Shown here piece after piece: positions 1 to 8,577 of a stretch of DNA of 32,000 bases; position 1 is the first letter of the stretch; each line of letters starts with the position of its first letter. The notes under the pieces are model-generated. The model searched no databases. It saw only the letters and a list, made by a program, of their open reading frames with translations, and was not told the DNA's origin. This stretch comes from Desulfacinum hydrothermale DSM 13146 (GTDB taxonomy: Bacteria > Desulfobacterota > Syntrophobacteria > Syntrophobacterales > DSM-9756). The position numbers and the translations under genes were made by a program. The stretch covers positions 73,582 through 105,581 of the forward strand of contig NZ_FWXF01000001.1 of the NCBI RefSeq assembly GCF_900176285.1. Reading direction: 5' to 3'.

Positions 1-322
1 GCCAACGATCCTGATGGGGGTAGCGGCCCATGGCCACCACCTCGGCGCAGGAATAGGGAAAACGCACCTGGGAGTCCTGGAGAACCACGGCCGTCTTTTG
101 GGCGCGTTGCCGGGAGGAAAGTTCCTCCAGCGGACGGCCGTCGATGGTGATGGTCCCGCTGTCGGGCCGAAGGTATCCGGTGAGGGCCAACAGCAGGGTG
201 GTCTTGCCCGATCCGTTGGGCCCCAGGATGCCCACGAACTCTCCCCTTTCCACGTGCAGGTTCACATCCCGCAGGACGGGCCGCCCGGGATAGCCGCAAT
301 GCAAATGGGACACGCGAATCAC
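1..322 (-). CDS. ABC transporter ATP-binding subunit (FecE/BtuD/HmuV-like), N-terminal part only; the gene runs off the left edge
   Basis: Manual minus-strand translation from GTG at 322 gives [50 protein letters not shown]..., with Walker [10 protein letters not shown]. The GTG overlaps the TGA stop of the upstream permease (GTGA). It is absent from the ORF track because it is truncated. Confidence 0.8.
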   Translation of the reverse strand, partial: MIRVSHLHCGYPGRPVLRDVNLHVERGEFVGILGPNGSGKTTLLLALTGYLRPDSGTITIDGRPLEELSSRQRAQKTAVVLQDSQVRFPYSCAEVVAMGRYPHQDRW

Positions 323-1374
323 GCCAGAACCGCTTTCCTTTTGCTCAAAAGTAGATAACAGAAAAAGGGTGCCCCCAGGATGGCGGTCACCACGCCCAAG
401 GGGATTTCCTGGCCGCCGGGCAGGATGGACCGGGCCAGGGTGTCCGAAAGCAGAGTGAGAAGGGCCCCCGTTGCCAGGACGGCGGGCAAGAGCCGCCCGT
501 GTCGGGGCCCAAGCAGGAGCCGGACCAGGTGGGGGACCACCAGGCCCACGAATCCGATGACGCCGCTCACCGCCACGGCGGCGGCGGTGATCAAAGAGGC
601 GGCCGCCAGGAGGCGCAGCCGCACCTGCGATACGTCCACACCCATCTGATGGGCGGAAACGTCCCCCAGGGCCAGGAGATCCAGTTCCCTGACATAAAAG
701 AAGATGACACAAACACCTCCCACGAGATACGGCAGGATGATGAGCACGTGCTGCCAGCTTCTACCCGACAGGCTGCCCATGATCCAAAAGACGATGGTGG
801 AAAGGGAGTCTTCGTTGAGGCTCTTGAGAAGGCTGATCCAGGCGGAAAGGAAGGTGGAGACGATGATTCCCGCCAGCACCAGGGTGGCGGTTTGAACGCG
901 GCCGTCCATGCGCCCCAACAGCAGCACGAGTAGGAGGGCGCCCGCCGCTCCGGCGAAGGCCGCCACCGGAAGGGTTCCCAGGCCCGCCAGGTTCCAGGCC
1001 CCCCATCCACCCAGGATGGCCAAAGAGGCCCCAAAGGCCGCTCCCGAGGACACCCCGAGTGTGAAGGGATCGGCCAGCGGGTTGAGGAGCACCCCTTGGT
1101 AGACGGCGCCCGCCAGGGCCAAGGCCGCTCCCACCAGCAGGGCCAGGACGGCGCGGGCCAGGCGCACGTTCAAAACGATGTAACGGGCCGTTTGTTCGGC
1201 CTCCGTTGTGGGCCCGGAATGATAGGGATGGGAAAGAATCCTCAAGACCTGGGAGGCTTCCAGGTGGAAGGGGCCCACCGCGGTGCACAGGAGGGCGCAG
1301 GCGGGCACCAGGAGTCCCACCACAGTCCAGAAAAGGAAGAGCCGGTGTGGGACGGGACGCCGTGGGCGGCTCAT
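319..1374 (-). CDS. FecCD/BtuC-family ABC permease (corrinoid or iron-chelate importer)
   Basis: 351-aa ORF that is hydrophobic throughout, with family-typical segments ([19 protein letters not shown]-terminal ILGAPFF). ATGA overlap with cbiL and GTGA overlap with the downstream ATPase indicate one operon. Confidence 0.88.
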   Translation of the reverse strand: MSRPRRPVPHRLFLFWTVVGLLVPACALLCTAVGPFHLEASQVLRILSHPYHSGPTTEAEQTARYIVLNVRLARAVLALLVGAALALAGAVYQGVLLNPLADPFTLGVSSGAAFGASLAILGGWGAWNLAGLGTLPVAAFAGAAGALLLVLLLGRMDGRVQTATLVLAGIIVSTFLSAWISLLKSLNEDSLSTIVFWIMGSLSGRSWQHVLIILPYLVGGVCVIFFYVRELDLLALGDVSAHQMGVDVSQVRLRLLAAASLITAAAVAVSGVIGFVGLVVPHLVRLLLGPRHGRLLPAVLATGALLTLLSDTLARSILPGGQEIPLGVVTAILGAPFFCYLLLSKRKAVLA

Positions 1375-2087
1375 GTGTCCAGGCCCTGCCTTTTGAGGAT
1401 TAAGAGGGATAGGTAATGGGGGTTGAGTTCTGAGAGCTTCTCAAAATCCTTTTCCACCGTCTGCCCTTCCAGACCGCATCGGCTCACGAAGCAGCAGCGG
1501 TCCTCCAGGCCCATGGCCCGGATCTGCTCCAGGATCTGGGGAAATTTCTTGTAGGTCTTCATGAGCACCACATTGTCGGAAAAGGGGAGGACGTGACCCA
1601 GGGCCTCACCGCCCTTGGCTCCGGAAATGACCGTGAAGGTCTCTTCTGCTTCCGCCAGAGGGACTTGCGCGCAGGCCGCGGCTGCCTGATAGGCCGTGAT
1701 GCCGGGGATGGTGACCACGGGCACCTGGGGCAGGCGGCTGCGGACCTTGCGGAGCAGGTAGATGAAGGTGCTGAAGGTCATGGGATCCCCCAAGGTCACG
1801 AAAGCCACGTCATGGCCGGCTTCCAGCTTTTCCACCACGGTGAGGCAGTTGGCGTGCCAGGCCCGTTCCAGGTGGGTCTTGTCGAAGGTCATGGGGAAGT
1901 CCAGCAGATGGATGGAAGTGTCCGGGGGCACGTGCTCCCGGACGATCTCCAGGGCCAGGCTGTAGTCGTTCTTACTGGAAGACGCAGCGAAGAGATGGTG
2001 CACCTTCTGGAGGGCCTTGACGGCCTTGATGGTCAGAAGATCCGGGTCTCCGGGACCCACTCCGATGCCGTAAAGAGTTCCCAGCAT
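1371..2087 (-). CDS. cbiL: Cobalt-factor II / precorrin-2 C20-methyltransferase
   Basis: 238 aa. N-terminal tetrapyrrole-methylase motif LYGIGVGPGDPDLLT, plus VTLGDP and GITA motifs. Length and layout are typical of CbiL/CobI. Confidence 0.85.
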   Translation of the reverse strand: MLGTLYGIGVGPGDPDLLTIKAVKALQKVHHLFAASSSKNDYSLALEIVREHVPPDTSIHLLDFPMTFDKTHLERAWHANCLTVVEKLEAGHDVAFVTLGDPMTFSTFIYLLRKVRSRLPQVPVVTIPGITAYQAAAACAQVPLAEAEETFTVISGAKGGEALGHVLPFSDNVVLMKTYKKFPQILEQIRAMGLEDRCCFVSRCGLEGQTVEKDFEKLSELNPHYLSLLILKRQGLDT

Positions 2088-2260
2088 GTCCTTTTCCTTT
2101 CACCCATGGCGCCTTTGTCCCTTTCTGGGATCGCGCCTCCCCTGCTCGTGTCGGCCGGTCCGTGAACCGATGGTTGCGCGGGGTTTGGGCCCCGCAGCTG
2201 CCAATGAAGGGACAATCTATTGCCGTTTGCCGGCTCCGAGCTTTCTTGAAACGTCTTCCT

Positions 2261-2296
2261 AAAAAGCCGTCCGGAAATGCCCTACCGGCTTTTTTG
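2261..2296 (-). terminator. Weak hairpin flanked by A and T runs; possible expression platform of the short B12-like element
   Basis: Minus strand reads AAAAAAGCCGGTAGGGCATTTCCGGACGGCTTTTT. AGCCG/CGGCT (or CCGG/CCGG) can pair and are followed by T5. The stem is short and the loop long. Confidence 0.3.
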
Positions 2297-2410
2297 TGGG
2301 TTCCTGACCGGTTGAAATGGCGCCGGCCCCGTGGTGCTTTTTGAATTCTCGGACCGCCTTGTAGGCGCCTATCACTTCCCCACGAAGGACGGGGAACTTT
2401 TAGGCCCCCA
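2297..2410 (-). promoter_or_regulatory. Short cobalamin-riboswitch-like element upstream of the cbiL-ABC importer operon
   Basis: Minus strand contains TGGGGAAG, then GGCGGTCC (compare GCGGTCC in the canonical copy), then AGCACCACGGGGCCGG, then B12-box-like CCGGTCAGGAACCCAC. It lacks the long extension hairpin of the other copies. Confidence 0.4.
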
Positions 2411-2445
2411 TCATGCCCCTAAGAGCCCGTCCGGGACGCCCCGAT

Positions 2446-2622
2446 GGCTCCCTTCTTGTGCGGACGGAAGGTTGGGGTAGCAACCGGGCCCGTGCTGCCG
2501 GCCTGCCCTTCGCCGGTAGGGGGCGAACCCAGCCCTGGAAGGCTCCCAAAGAGCCACAGGCACAGTGGGATTTCAACTAGTTAGAAACCTCCCGAAAGGC
2601 TGAAAGGCCATTGTCACACAGC
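2446..2622 (+). promoter_or_regulatory. Divergent cobalamin-riboswitch-like element oriented antisense to cbiC (orphan)
   Basis: Plus strand contains CCTTC..GAAGG hairpin, ACGGAAGGTTGGGGTAGCAACCGGGCCCGTGCTGCCGG, GAGCCACAGGCACAGTGGGATTTCAAC (identical to 5268-5295 apart from one 1-nt indel) and B12-box-like AGTTAGAAACCTCCC, followed by AAAGGCCATTGT. Confidence 0.5.
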
Positions 2623-2625
2623 CTC

Positions 2626-3294
2626 CTAGCTCGGTTCCTTCTGGGCCAACTCCAGGAGAGCATGCAGGATGGCCACGGCCACGGTGCTGCCTCCCTTTCT
2701 TCCCCGAACGGAGATGGAAGGGATCTGTTCCGCCTCCCACAGGGCGTCCTTGGCCGTGGCGGCCTGGACAAAACCCACGGGAACCCCGATCACCACGGCG
2801 GGCCGCACGTTTTCTTCCCGCCACAGCCGCAGGACCTCTTGAAGCGCCGTCGGGGCGTTGCCCACCGCCACGATGTTTCCCTGCAGCCGCTCCCCCATCT
2901 TGCGAAAGGCGGTCACGGAACGGGTCAGGCCCAGTTTTTCCGCCAAGAGGTGGGTTTCGGGGTCCGCGGCCGGAGTGAAGACCGAGTTGCCGAACCATTG
3001 GAGCCGCCAGGGGGAAAGACCCACCTGGATCATCCGCGTATCGGTGTAGATGGTGGCCCCGTTTCGCAAGGCCCGGGTGGCGGCGGAAACGGCTTCCGGA
3101 TGGATCCGGATGAGTTGGGCGTATTCGAAGTCGGCGGTGGTGTGGATCACTCTACGGATGATGGTCCAGACCTTGGGCTCGAAGGAGTGGGGGCCCATCT
3201 CCGCCTCGATGATGCGAAAGCTCTCTTCCTCGATGTTCCGGCCGGCCTCCACCAGGCCCGGTCGAAACCCCGTTCCGTTGCTTTCCGTATCCAT
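2626..3294 (-). CDS. cbiC: Cobalt-precorrin-8 methylmutase
   Basis: The 222-aa core of the 291-aa ORF starts at MDTESNG (ATG 3294). It contains IHTTADFEY and VAVGNAPTAL motifs typical of CbiC/CobH. The longer ORF start would overlap the riboswitch terminator. Confidence 0.9.
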   Translation of the reverse strand: MDTESNGTGFRPGLVEAGRNIEEESFRIIEAEMGPHSFEPKVWTIIRRVIHTTADFEYAQLIRIHPEAVSAATRALRNGATIYTDTRMIQVGLSPWRLQWFGNSVFTPAADPETHLLAEKLGLTRSVTAFRKMGERLQGNIVAVGNAPTALQEVLRLWREENVRPAVVIGVPVGFVQAATAKDALWEAEQIPSISVRGRKGGSTVAVAILHALLELAQKEPS

Positions 3295-3310
3295 GTGCTT
3301 CCCCACTTTC

Positions 3311-3347
3311 AAAAAAAAAATCCTTGAAGCCTTGCGGCTCCAAGGAT
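3311..3347 (-). terminator. Rho-independent terminator (riboswitch expression platform) 17 nt upstream of the cbiC start
   Basis: Minus strand reads AUCCUUGGAGCC-GCAA-GGCUUCAAGGAU followed by U10. This is a 12-bp stem with one G.U pair and a GNRA-type tetraloop. Confidence 0.85.
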
Positions 3348-3449
3348 TGCACCCGTTTCTCTTCATCCCTTGCCGGCAGAGGGTCTGCGCATCGGCCGAA
3401 CCCTTCGCCGAAAAGGCACCGTTTCCCATCCGGTGTCCTTTTCCTCGGG

Positions 3450-3612
3450 CCTCAGGCAGGTCTTCTGGCTCACGGATCACTCTACTTGCCGCCCTTCCCA
3501 TCGCTCAAGTGTTGCGACAGTGGCTTTGCGGCGTTCGTCCCCGTTTACAGCGGCGGGACCGCGACGGATTCGCACCGTCTTCCCTTTTAAGCCCTTGCAG
3601 CGGGCACCTGAT
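3450..3612 (-). promoter_or_regulatory. Canonical cobalamin (AdoCbl) riboswitch aptamer
   Basis: Minus strand reads CAGGTGCC..AAAAGGGAAGACGGTGCGAATCCGTCGCGGTCCCGCCGCTGTAA..GCCACTG..GGGAAGGC..GAGCCAGAAGACCTGCC. All hallmark blocks including the B12 box are present, in the right order and upstream of cbiC. Confidence 0.9.
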
Positions 3613-3826
3613 CCCGGCTCCTTGTCAAGGAACCACTCGCAGCTACTCTAGCCGATCCTGTTCTTTCGGTCAATGAAGGATCTCGGGGCGTGTGACGCGC
3701 CATGGACGGTCCAGCGACGGAAGCGCCGGGGTGGACAGGCGGAAGGCTTGGTGTCAGAATGCCTTTTCTTGGAAATCGATGGGCCGGGCCGTGGAATCGG
3801 GCGCCAAAGAGGGACATGGTGGGAAA

Positions 3827-5122
3827 ATGAGCGGTACGAGTGGGCAAAAGTCGAAGGGGCGTCGCCGACTTCGAATGGGTTTCAGTACCGGAACGGCCAT
3901 GACGGCGGCGGCAAAGGCCGCCACCCGCTGTCTCCTTTCCGGGGTGTCCCCCCGGTCCGTGGCGGTGCGCCTGCCGGTGGGCTACTACCTCCCCGTGGAT
4001 GTGGCCTGTTGTGCCGGACATGGCGACTGGGCGGAGGCGGTCGTCATCAAGGACGGCGGGGACGACCCCGACGTGACCCACAAGGCCCGTGTGTGCGTGC
4101 GCCTGTGGCTGGCACCCCCGCCCACCGGTCGTGGGACCGATCCAGCGGCTGTCGGATCGGACTGGATTCGCCTGACGGCGGGAGTGGGGGTGGGGCGGGT
4201 CACCAAGTCCGGGCTCCCCGTGGCCGCGGGCGAACCGGCCGTGAACCCGGTGCCGCGCCGGATGCTGGCCGAAAACTTGTTCGAGGAGTTGGAACGTGTG
4301 CCGGACCTGGCCGTGGAGCGGACCGTGGCGGGCGGCCCGGGGGAAGGACGGCCCGGGAAGGCGGCCGTCTGGTTGCCGGTCCCTGAGTCGGCTGTAAAGA
4401 ATCCTGTGGCTTCCATCCATGTGGAGGTTTCCGTGCCGCGGGGAGAAGAACTGGCTCGCCACACGCTCAACCCACGGTTGGGCGTCGTGGGCGGGATATC
4501 CATCCTGGGCACCACGGGCCTTGTCAAACCCTTCTCCCATCAGGCATACGAAGAGACGATCCAGGTGGCCCTGGACGTGGCCCGTGCCAACGGATGTGCC
4601 CAGGTGGTGTTCAGCACCGGCGGAAAGAGCGAGAAGCTGGCCCGTGCCCTCCTGAACGGACTTCCGGCGGAATCTTTCGTGCAGATTGCGGATTTCTTTT
4701 CTTTTGCCGTGAAAAGGGCCGTGGGGGCGGGATTTCGCTCCATCGTCCACAGTGTCTTTTTCGGCAAGGCGGTCAAGATGGCCCAGGGAAACCCCTACAC
4801 CCATGCCCACAAGGTGGCCTTGGATCTGAACACCGTGGCCCGGTGGGCGGCGGGCGAAGGGGTGCCCCATGAAGCCCTGGAGCGGATCCGCGGGGCCAAC
4901 ACGGCCCGTCATGCCCTGGAGATTCTGAAAGGGTTCTCCGGCCTGGAAGGGGCCCCGTTCCAGGACGCGTGCCAGCGGAACGTTTCCCCGGCTTACCGGG
5001 TGGTGCGCCGGATCGCCCAGGAGGCGGTTCGGCAGTCCAAGGCGATGGCCGGGCCGGAAGTGGCCGTTCGACTCCTTCTCTTTGACTTCGATGGAACGCT
5101 CCTAGCCGATGTGACGGCTTAG
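3827..5122 (+). CDS. cbiD: Cobalt-precorrin-5B C1-methyltransferase
   Basis: Contains LRMGFSTGTAMTAAAKAA near the N-terminus and GISILGTTGLVKPFS. I chose the start at MSGTSG (3827) by spacing to the LRxGxTTG motif; ORF-track start 3692 and ATG 3875 are alternatives. Confidence 0.88.
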   Translation: MSGTSGQKSKGRRRLRMGFSTGTAMTAAAKAATRCLLSGVSPRSVAVRLPVGYYLPVDVACCAGHGDWAEAVVIKDGGDDPDVTHKARVCVRLWLAPPPTGRGTDPAAVGSDWIRLTAGVGVGRVTKSGLPVAAGEPAVNPVPRRMLAENLFEELERVPDLAVERTVAGGPGEGRPGKAAVWLPVPESAVKNPVASIHVEVSVPRGEELARHTLNPRLGVVGGISILGTTGLVKPFSHQAYEETIQVALDVARANGCAQVVFSTGGKSEKLARALLNGLPAESFVQIADFFSFAVKRAVGAGFRSIVHSVFFGKAVKMAQGNPYTHAHKVALDLNTVARWAAGEGVPHEALERIRGANTARHALEILKGFSGLEGAPFQDACQRNVSPAYRVVRRIAQEAVRQSKAMAGPEVAVRLLLFDFDGTLLADVTA

Positions 5123-5139
5123 GGCTTGGTTGAAAACGC

Positions 5140-5340
5140 CCGGTTGGCTTCCTTCTTCTGCTGAGGGAAGGTGGGGGCACCAGGCGGGCCTGGGCCGCCG
5201 GTCCGGCCTTGGGGCAGTGGGGCCCGTTCCGAACCCGCCCCCATGAGCCTGTCTGAGAGCGCAAAAAGAGCCACAGAGCACAGTGGGATTTCAACGGGGC
5301 AAAAATTCCAAAAGGCCCAAAGGCCATTGTGGAACAGCGT
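5140..5340 (+). promoter_or_regulatory. Divergent cobalamin-riboswitch-like element between cbiD and cbiET
   Basis: Plus strand reads GAGGGAAGGTGGGGGCACCAGGCGGGCCTGGGCCGCCGGT, which aligns block-for-block with the canonical AAGGGAAGACGGTGCGAATCCGTCGCGGTCCCGCCGCTGT. It also has GAGCCACAG (GCCACTG block) and GTGGGA. It ends about 50 nt before the cbiET start. Confidence 0.55.
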
Positions 5341-5391
5341 CCTGGTTGAGTGGAGGAACGGGTGGAGGAAAGCTGGAAGGACCGGGAGATC

Positions 5392-6639
5392 ATGGCGCGG
5401 GGGGGGTGGGAGCCACCCACCGTCGCCGTGATCGGCGTGGGCGCTCGGGCGGAGGAGTGCTCTCCGCAGGCCAGGGCCTTGATTGACCGGGCCCAGGTTC
5501 TGGTGGGGGGGACCCGGCTGCTGGAGCTCTTTGAAGAACACCCGGGTCGGAAAATCCCGATCCGGTCGCCTCTGGATGCGGTTTTGCAGCGGATCCAGGA
5601 GCTGAGCGAGACGCGACGCGTGGTCGTGCTGGCTTCGGGAGATCCCCTCTTTTTCGGGATCGGGCGCCGTCTGCTGGAACGTTTCGGACGAGACCGACTG
5701 TTCTTTGTTCCCGCCCCCACAGCGGTTCAGGCCCTGTGCGCCCGGCTGGGAACGCCCTGGGACGATGTGCGGGTGGTGAGCCTTCACGGCCGTGAGCCCA
5801 CCCGGGAATGGATGTGGCACCTTCGCATGGGCACACCGGTGGCCCTGCTCACAGACGCACGAAACACGCCGGCCTGGGCGGCGGAGCAATTGTGGGCCTC
5901 CGGCCTGGACGCGGCGCTGCTGTGGGTGGGAGAAGACTTGGGGCTGCCTTCGGAACGCATCGGCCGATTCACGGCCGCCGAGGCGGCCCGGCGCTCCTTT
6001 TCTCCCCTCAACGTGGTGTTGGTGCAACCCCAGGAGGTGGGATCCGCCGCCGGGGATGCCCCCCTCTTCGGCATTGCCGATGATGCCTTTTCCCACCAAC
6101 GGGGGCTCATCACCAAGCGGGAGGTGCGAGCCGTGGTCCTGGCCCTGTTGCAGCTCCGGCCGGGGCAGGTGCTCTGGGACCTGGGGGCCGGCAGCGGAGC
6201 CGTGTCCGTGGAAGCGGCCCGCCTGACGCCCCTCCGGTCCGTGTGGGCCGTGGAAAAGGTGCCGGAAAGGGCCGCCGTGATCCGGGAGAACGTGCGCCGT
6301 TTTCACTGCGGGGAGATCCAGGTGGTGGAAGGGGATGCCCTGGAACAGGTGGACCGGCTCCCCGATCCGGATCGGGTTTTTGTGGGTGGCGGCGGAGCCC
6401 ATTTGCCCGCCTTGTTGGAGAAGGTGCGGACCCAGGTGCGTCCCGGGGGAAGAATGGTGCTCACTTCGGTCACCTTCCAAAGCTTCGCCCGGGTGCAGGA
6501 TTTTTCCCGAGCCCATGGACTTTCCCTGGAAGCGGTTCAGATCCAGGTGAGCCGCGCCGTGCCCATCGGAGACACTTCCCGTTGGGAGGCGCTCAACCCG
6601 GTGACGGTATGCGCCATGGACTGTCCCGTGGCACCGTGA
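5392..6639 (+). CDS. cbiET: Fused CbiE-CbiT (cobalt-precorrin-7 C5-methyltransferase / cobalt-precorrin-6B C15-methyltransferase, decarboxylating; CobL-like)
   Basis: The N-terminal half is tetrapyrrole-methylase-like (VAVIGVG, LASGDPLFFG). The C-terminal half is a class I SAM methyltransferase (VLWDLGAGSGAVSVEAA). Start at MARGGW, with GGGAG 5 nt upstream. Confidence 0.9.
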   Translation: MARGGWEPPTVAVIGVGARAEECSPQARALIDRAQVLVGGTRLLELFEEHPGRKIPIRSPLDAVLQRIQELSETRRVVVLASGDPLFFGIGRRLLERFGRDRLFFVPAPTAVQALCARLGTPWDDVRVVSLHGREPTREWMWHLRMGTPVALLTDARNTPAWAAEQLWASGLDAALLWVGEDLGLPSERIGRFTAAEAARRSFSPLNVVLVQPQEVGSAAGDAPLFGIADDAFSHQRGLITKREVRAVVLALLQLRPGQVLWDLGAGSGAVSVEAARLTPLRSVWAVEKVPERAAVIRENVRRFHCGEIQVVEGDALEQVDRLPDPDRVFVGGGGAHLPALLEKVRTQVRPGGRMVLTSVTFQSFARVQDFSRAHGLSLEAVQIQVSRAVPIGDTSRWEALNPVTVCAMDCPVAP

Positions 6640-6665
6640 CCCTGAAAAGAGATGGAGTGGCAAAG

Positions 6666-7454
6666 ATGGCCGACGACCCAAAAAGGCAAGACCCGCGGGT
6701 CTTCTTCGTGGGGGCGGGGCCCGGTGATCCGGAGCTCATCACCGTCAAAGGGCGGCGTCTTCTTCGGCGGGCGGATCGTGTGGTCTATGCGGGATCTCTC
6801 GTTCCCCGAGCCCTTTTGGATGAATGCAAGCCGGGAGCGGAGCTCTTCGACAGTGCCCCGCTGACCCTGGAGCGGACCCACGCCTTGCTCGTGGAGGCGG
6901 TGCGAGAGAACCGGATCGTGGTGCGCCTCCACACGGGGGATCCCGCCCTGTACGGGGCCATCCAGGAACAGATGAACCTGCTGGATCGGGAGGGGATCGC
7001 CTATGAGGTGGTTCCTGGGGTGTCCGCCGCCTTCGCCGCCGCGGCCCGCATCGGATGTCAGCTCACGTTGCCGGAAGTGTCCCAGACGGTGATCTTCACC
7101 CGGACCGCCGGGCGAACGCCCGTACCCGATCGGGAATCGCTCTCAAGTCTGGCGGCCCACGGCTCCACTATGGCCATCTACCTGAGTGTTTCCCAAATGG
7201 AAGCCGTGGTGGAGGCGTTGCGCGGAGCCTATCCGGAGGAGACGCCCGTGGTGGTGGTCTATCGGGTGGGCTGGCCCGATGAACGCATCCTTCAAGGAAC
7301 CCTGGCCCACATCGCCGCCAAGGTGCGCGAGGCGGGTATGGACCGGCAGGCGGTGATCCTGGTGGGGGAAGCGCTGAATCCCAAACGGTACGGGACCCGG
7401 TCCCGTCTCTACGACCAGTCGTTCAGCCATGGATTTCGATCCTCTCGCCCCTGA
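6666..7454 (+). CDS. cbiF: Cobalt-precorrin-4 C11-methyltransferase
   Basis: 262 aa from MADDPKRQ. Contains VFFVGAGPGDPELITVKG, HTGDPALYGA and PGVSA motifs. Confidence 0.9.
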   Translation: MADDPKRQDPRVFFVGAGPGDPELITVKGRRLLRRADRVVYAGSLVPRALLDECKPGAELFDSAPLTLERTHALLVEAVRENRIVVRLHTGDPALYGAIQEQMNLLDREGIAYEVVPGVSAAFAAAARIGCQLTLPEVSQTVIFTRTAGRTPVPDRESLSSLAAHGSTMAIYLSVSQMEAVVEALRGAYPEETPVVVVYRVGWPDERILQGTLAHIAAKVREAGMDRQAVILVGEALNPKRYGTRSRLYDQSFSHGFRSSRP

Positions 7455-8577
7455 TCTTCCCCGCCCGGTGGCGGTGCTGGCGCTCACGGCCAACGGCACC
7501 TCGGTGGCCTTGCGCCTTGGCCGTGAGCTGGACGCCTGCACCGTCCACGTGCCTCGACGCCATGGCTTCGCCTTGGCCATGGGGGCTGAGCCTTTCGATC
7601 GGCTGCGGGAGCGGGTCGGCGTGCTCTGGAAAGGGCATGGCGCCCTGGTTTTCGTCATGGCCACGGGCATTGTGGTGCGTTGCATCGCCCCGCTTCTCCG
7701 CCACAAGAGCTGCGATCCGGCGGTGGTGGTGGTGGACGAGAAGGGCCGGTTCGTCATCAGTTTGCTTTCAGGGCATTTGGGCGGCGCCAACCGGCTGGCG
7801 TGCCGTATCGCCCAGGTCCTGGGGGGACAGGCCGTCATCACCACGGCCACGGACGTGGAAGGAAAGACGGCCGTGGATCTCATGGCCCGGGAAGCGGGCC
7901 TGGAAATCGAGGCGCTGGAGCACCTACCGCGGGTGACCCGGGCGGTCCTGGAAGACGAGCCCTTCTGGATCCTGGATCCGGACGGATGGCTCAACCGCTA
8001 TCGGGACCGATTCCCTCGGGCGGTGTGGGTGTCGGTGTCACGGGAGATCTTCACCTCGGGGAAAGGGCCGAGACAGGTCGGTCGGATCCTTTCCGATCGG
8101 TTGTCCGCCCTGGGCATGGACCCACGAGACACGCCCGGCATCTGGGTTGGGGAATGGCTGCCTCCCAGAGGGCTGTTGGCCCTCTGTTTGCGACCCCGGG
8201 TTCTTGCGGTGGGAATCGGGTGCAACCGGGGCACTCCGGCGGAAGAAATCCTGCAACTGGTCCGGGATGTGTTCCAGCAGCACCGGCTGTCGCTTCAAGC
8301 CATTCGAACACTGGCCAGTGGGGACCTCAAGGCCCATGAGCCGGGCCTTCTGGAATCGGCACGGGTCCTGGACCGGCCCATCCAATTCGTCCAACGTGCC
8401 GAATTGCAGACGGTGGAGGTGCCCAACCCGTCGCCTGCGGTCAAGGCGCACATAGGAGTGGAAAGCGTATGCGAAGCAGCGGCTCTTCAAACGGCCCGGA
8501 ACGGTCGGCTGATCGTTCCGAAGCACAAGACTCGAAACGTTACGGTGGCGGTGGCTCGGGACGCCTCACCGTGGTGA
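7429..8577 (+). CDS. cbiG: Cobalt-precorrin-5A hydrolase
   Basis: 382 aa. Contains the CbiG-type block ATGIVVRCIAPLLRHKSCDPAVVVVDEKGRFVISLLSGHLGGAN and the C-terminal GIGCNRG..ESVCEAAAL domain. It overlaps the cbiF end by 26 nt. Confidence 0.9.
   Translation: MDFDPLAPDLPRPVAVLALTANGTSVALRLGRELDACTVHVPRRHGFALAMGAEPFDRLRERVGVLWKGHGALVFVMATGIVVRCIAPLLRHKSCDPAVVVVDEKGRFVISLLSGHLGGANRLACRIAQVLGGQAVITTATDVEGKTAVDLMAREAGLEIEALEHLPRVTRAVLEDEPFWILDPDGWLNRYRDRFPRAVWVSVSREIFTSGKGPRQVGRILSDRLSALGMDPRDTPGIWVGEWLPPRGLLALCLRPRVLAVGIGCNRGTPAEEILQLVRDVFQQHRLSLQAIRTLASGDLKAHEPGLLESARVLDRPIQFVQRAELQTVEVPNPSPAVKAHIGVESVCEAAALQTARNGRLIVPKHKTRNVTVAVARDASPW

Noticed and set aside
2611-3327. 238-aa plus-strand ORF (TTG start) considered as a possible target gene of the plus-strand B12-like element
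   Set aside because: It is entirely antisense to cbiC and shows no protein-like features, so the element is treated as orphan/antisense instead.
3715-3775. GGAAG..GGGGTGGAC..GGCGGAAGGC..GGTGTCAGAATGCC string upstream of cbiD that resembles compressed B12 blocks
   Set aside because: It is only about 50 nt long, lacks the GCCACTG block and most helices, and is too short to be an aptamer. It is probably chance or a decayed remnant.
3587-4912. 441-aa minus-strand ORF
   Set aside because: It is exactly antisense to cbiD, which has clear family motifs. The ORF is Arg/Gly/Pro/His-rich with no recognisable domain, a typical shadow ORF in GC-rich DNA.
5119-6681. 520-aa minus-strand ORF
   Set aside because: It is antisense to the well-supported cbiET gene, with low-complexity composition and no motifs.
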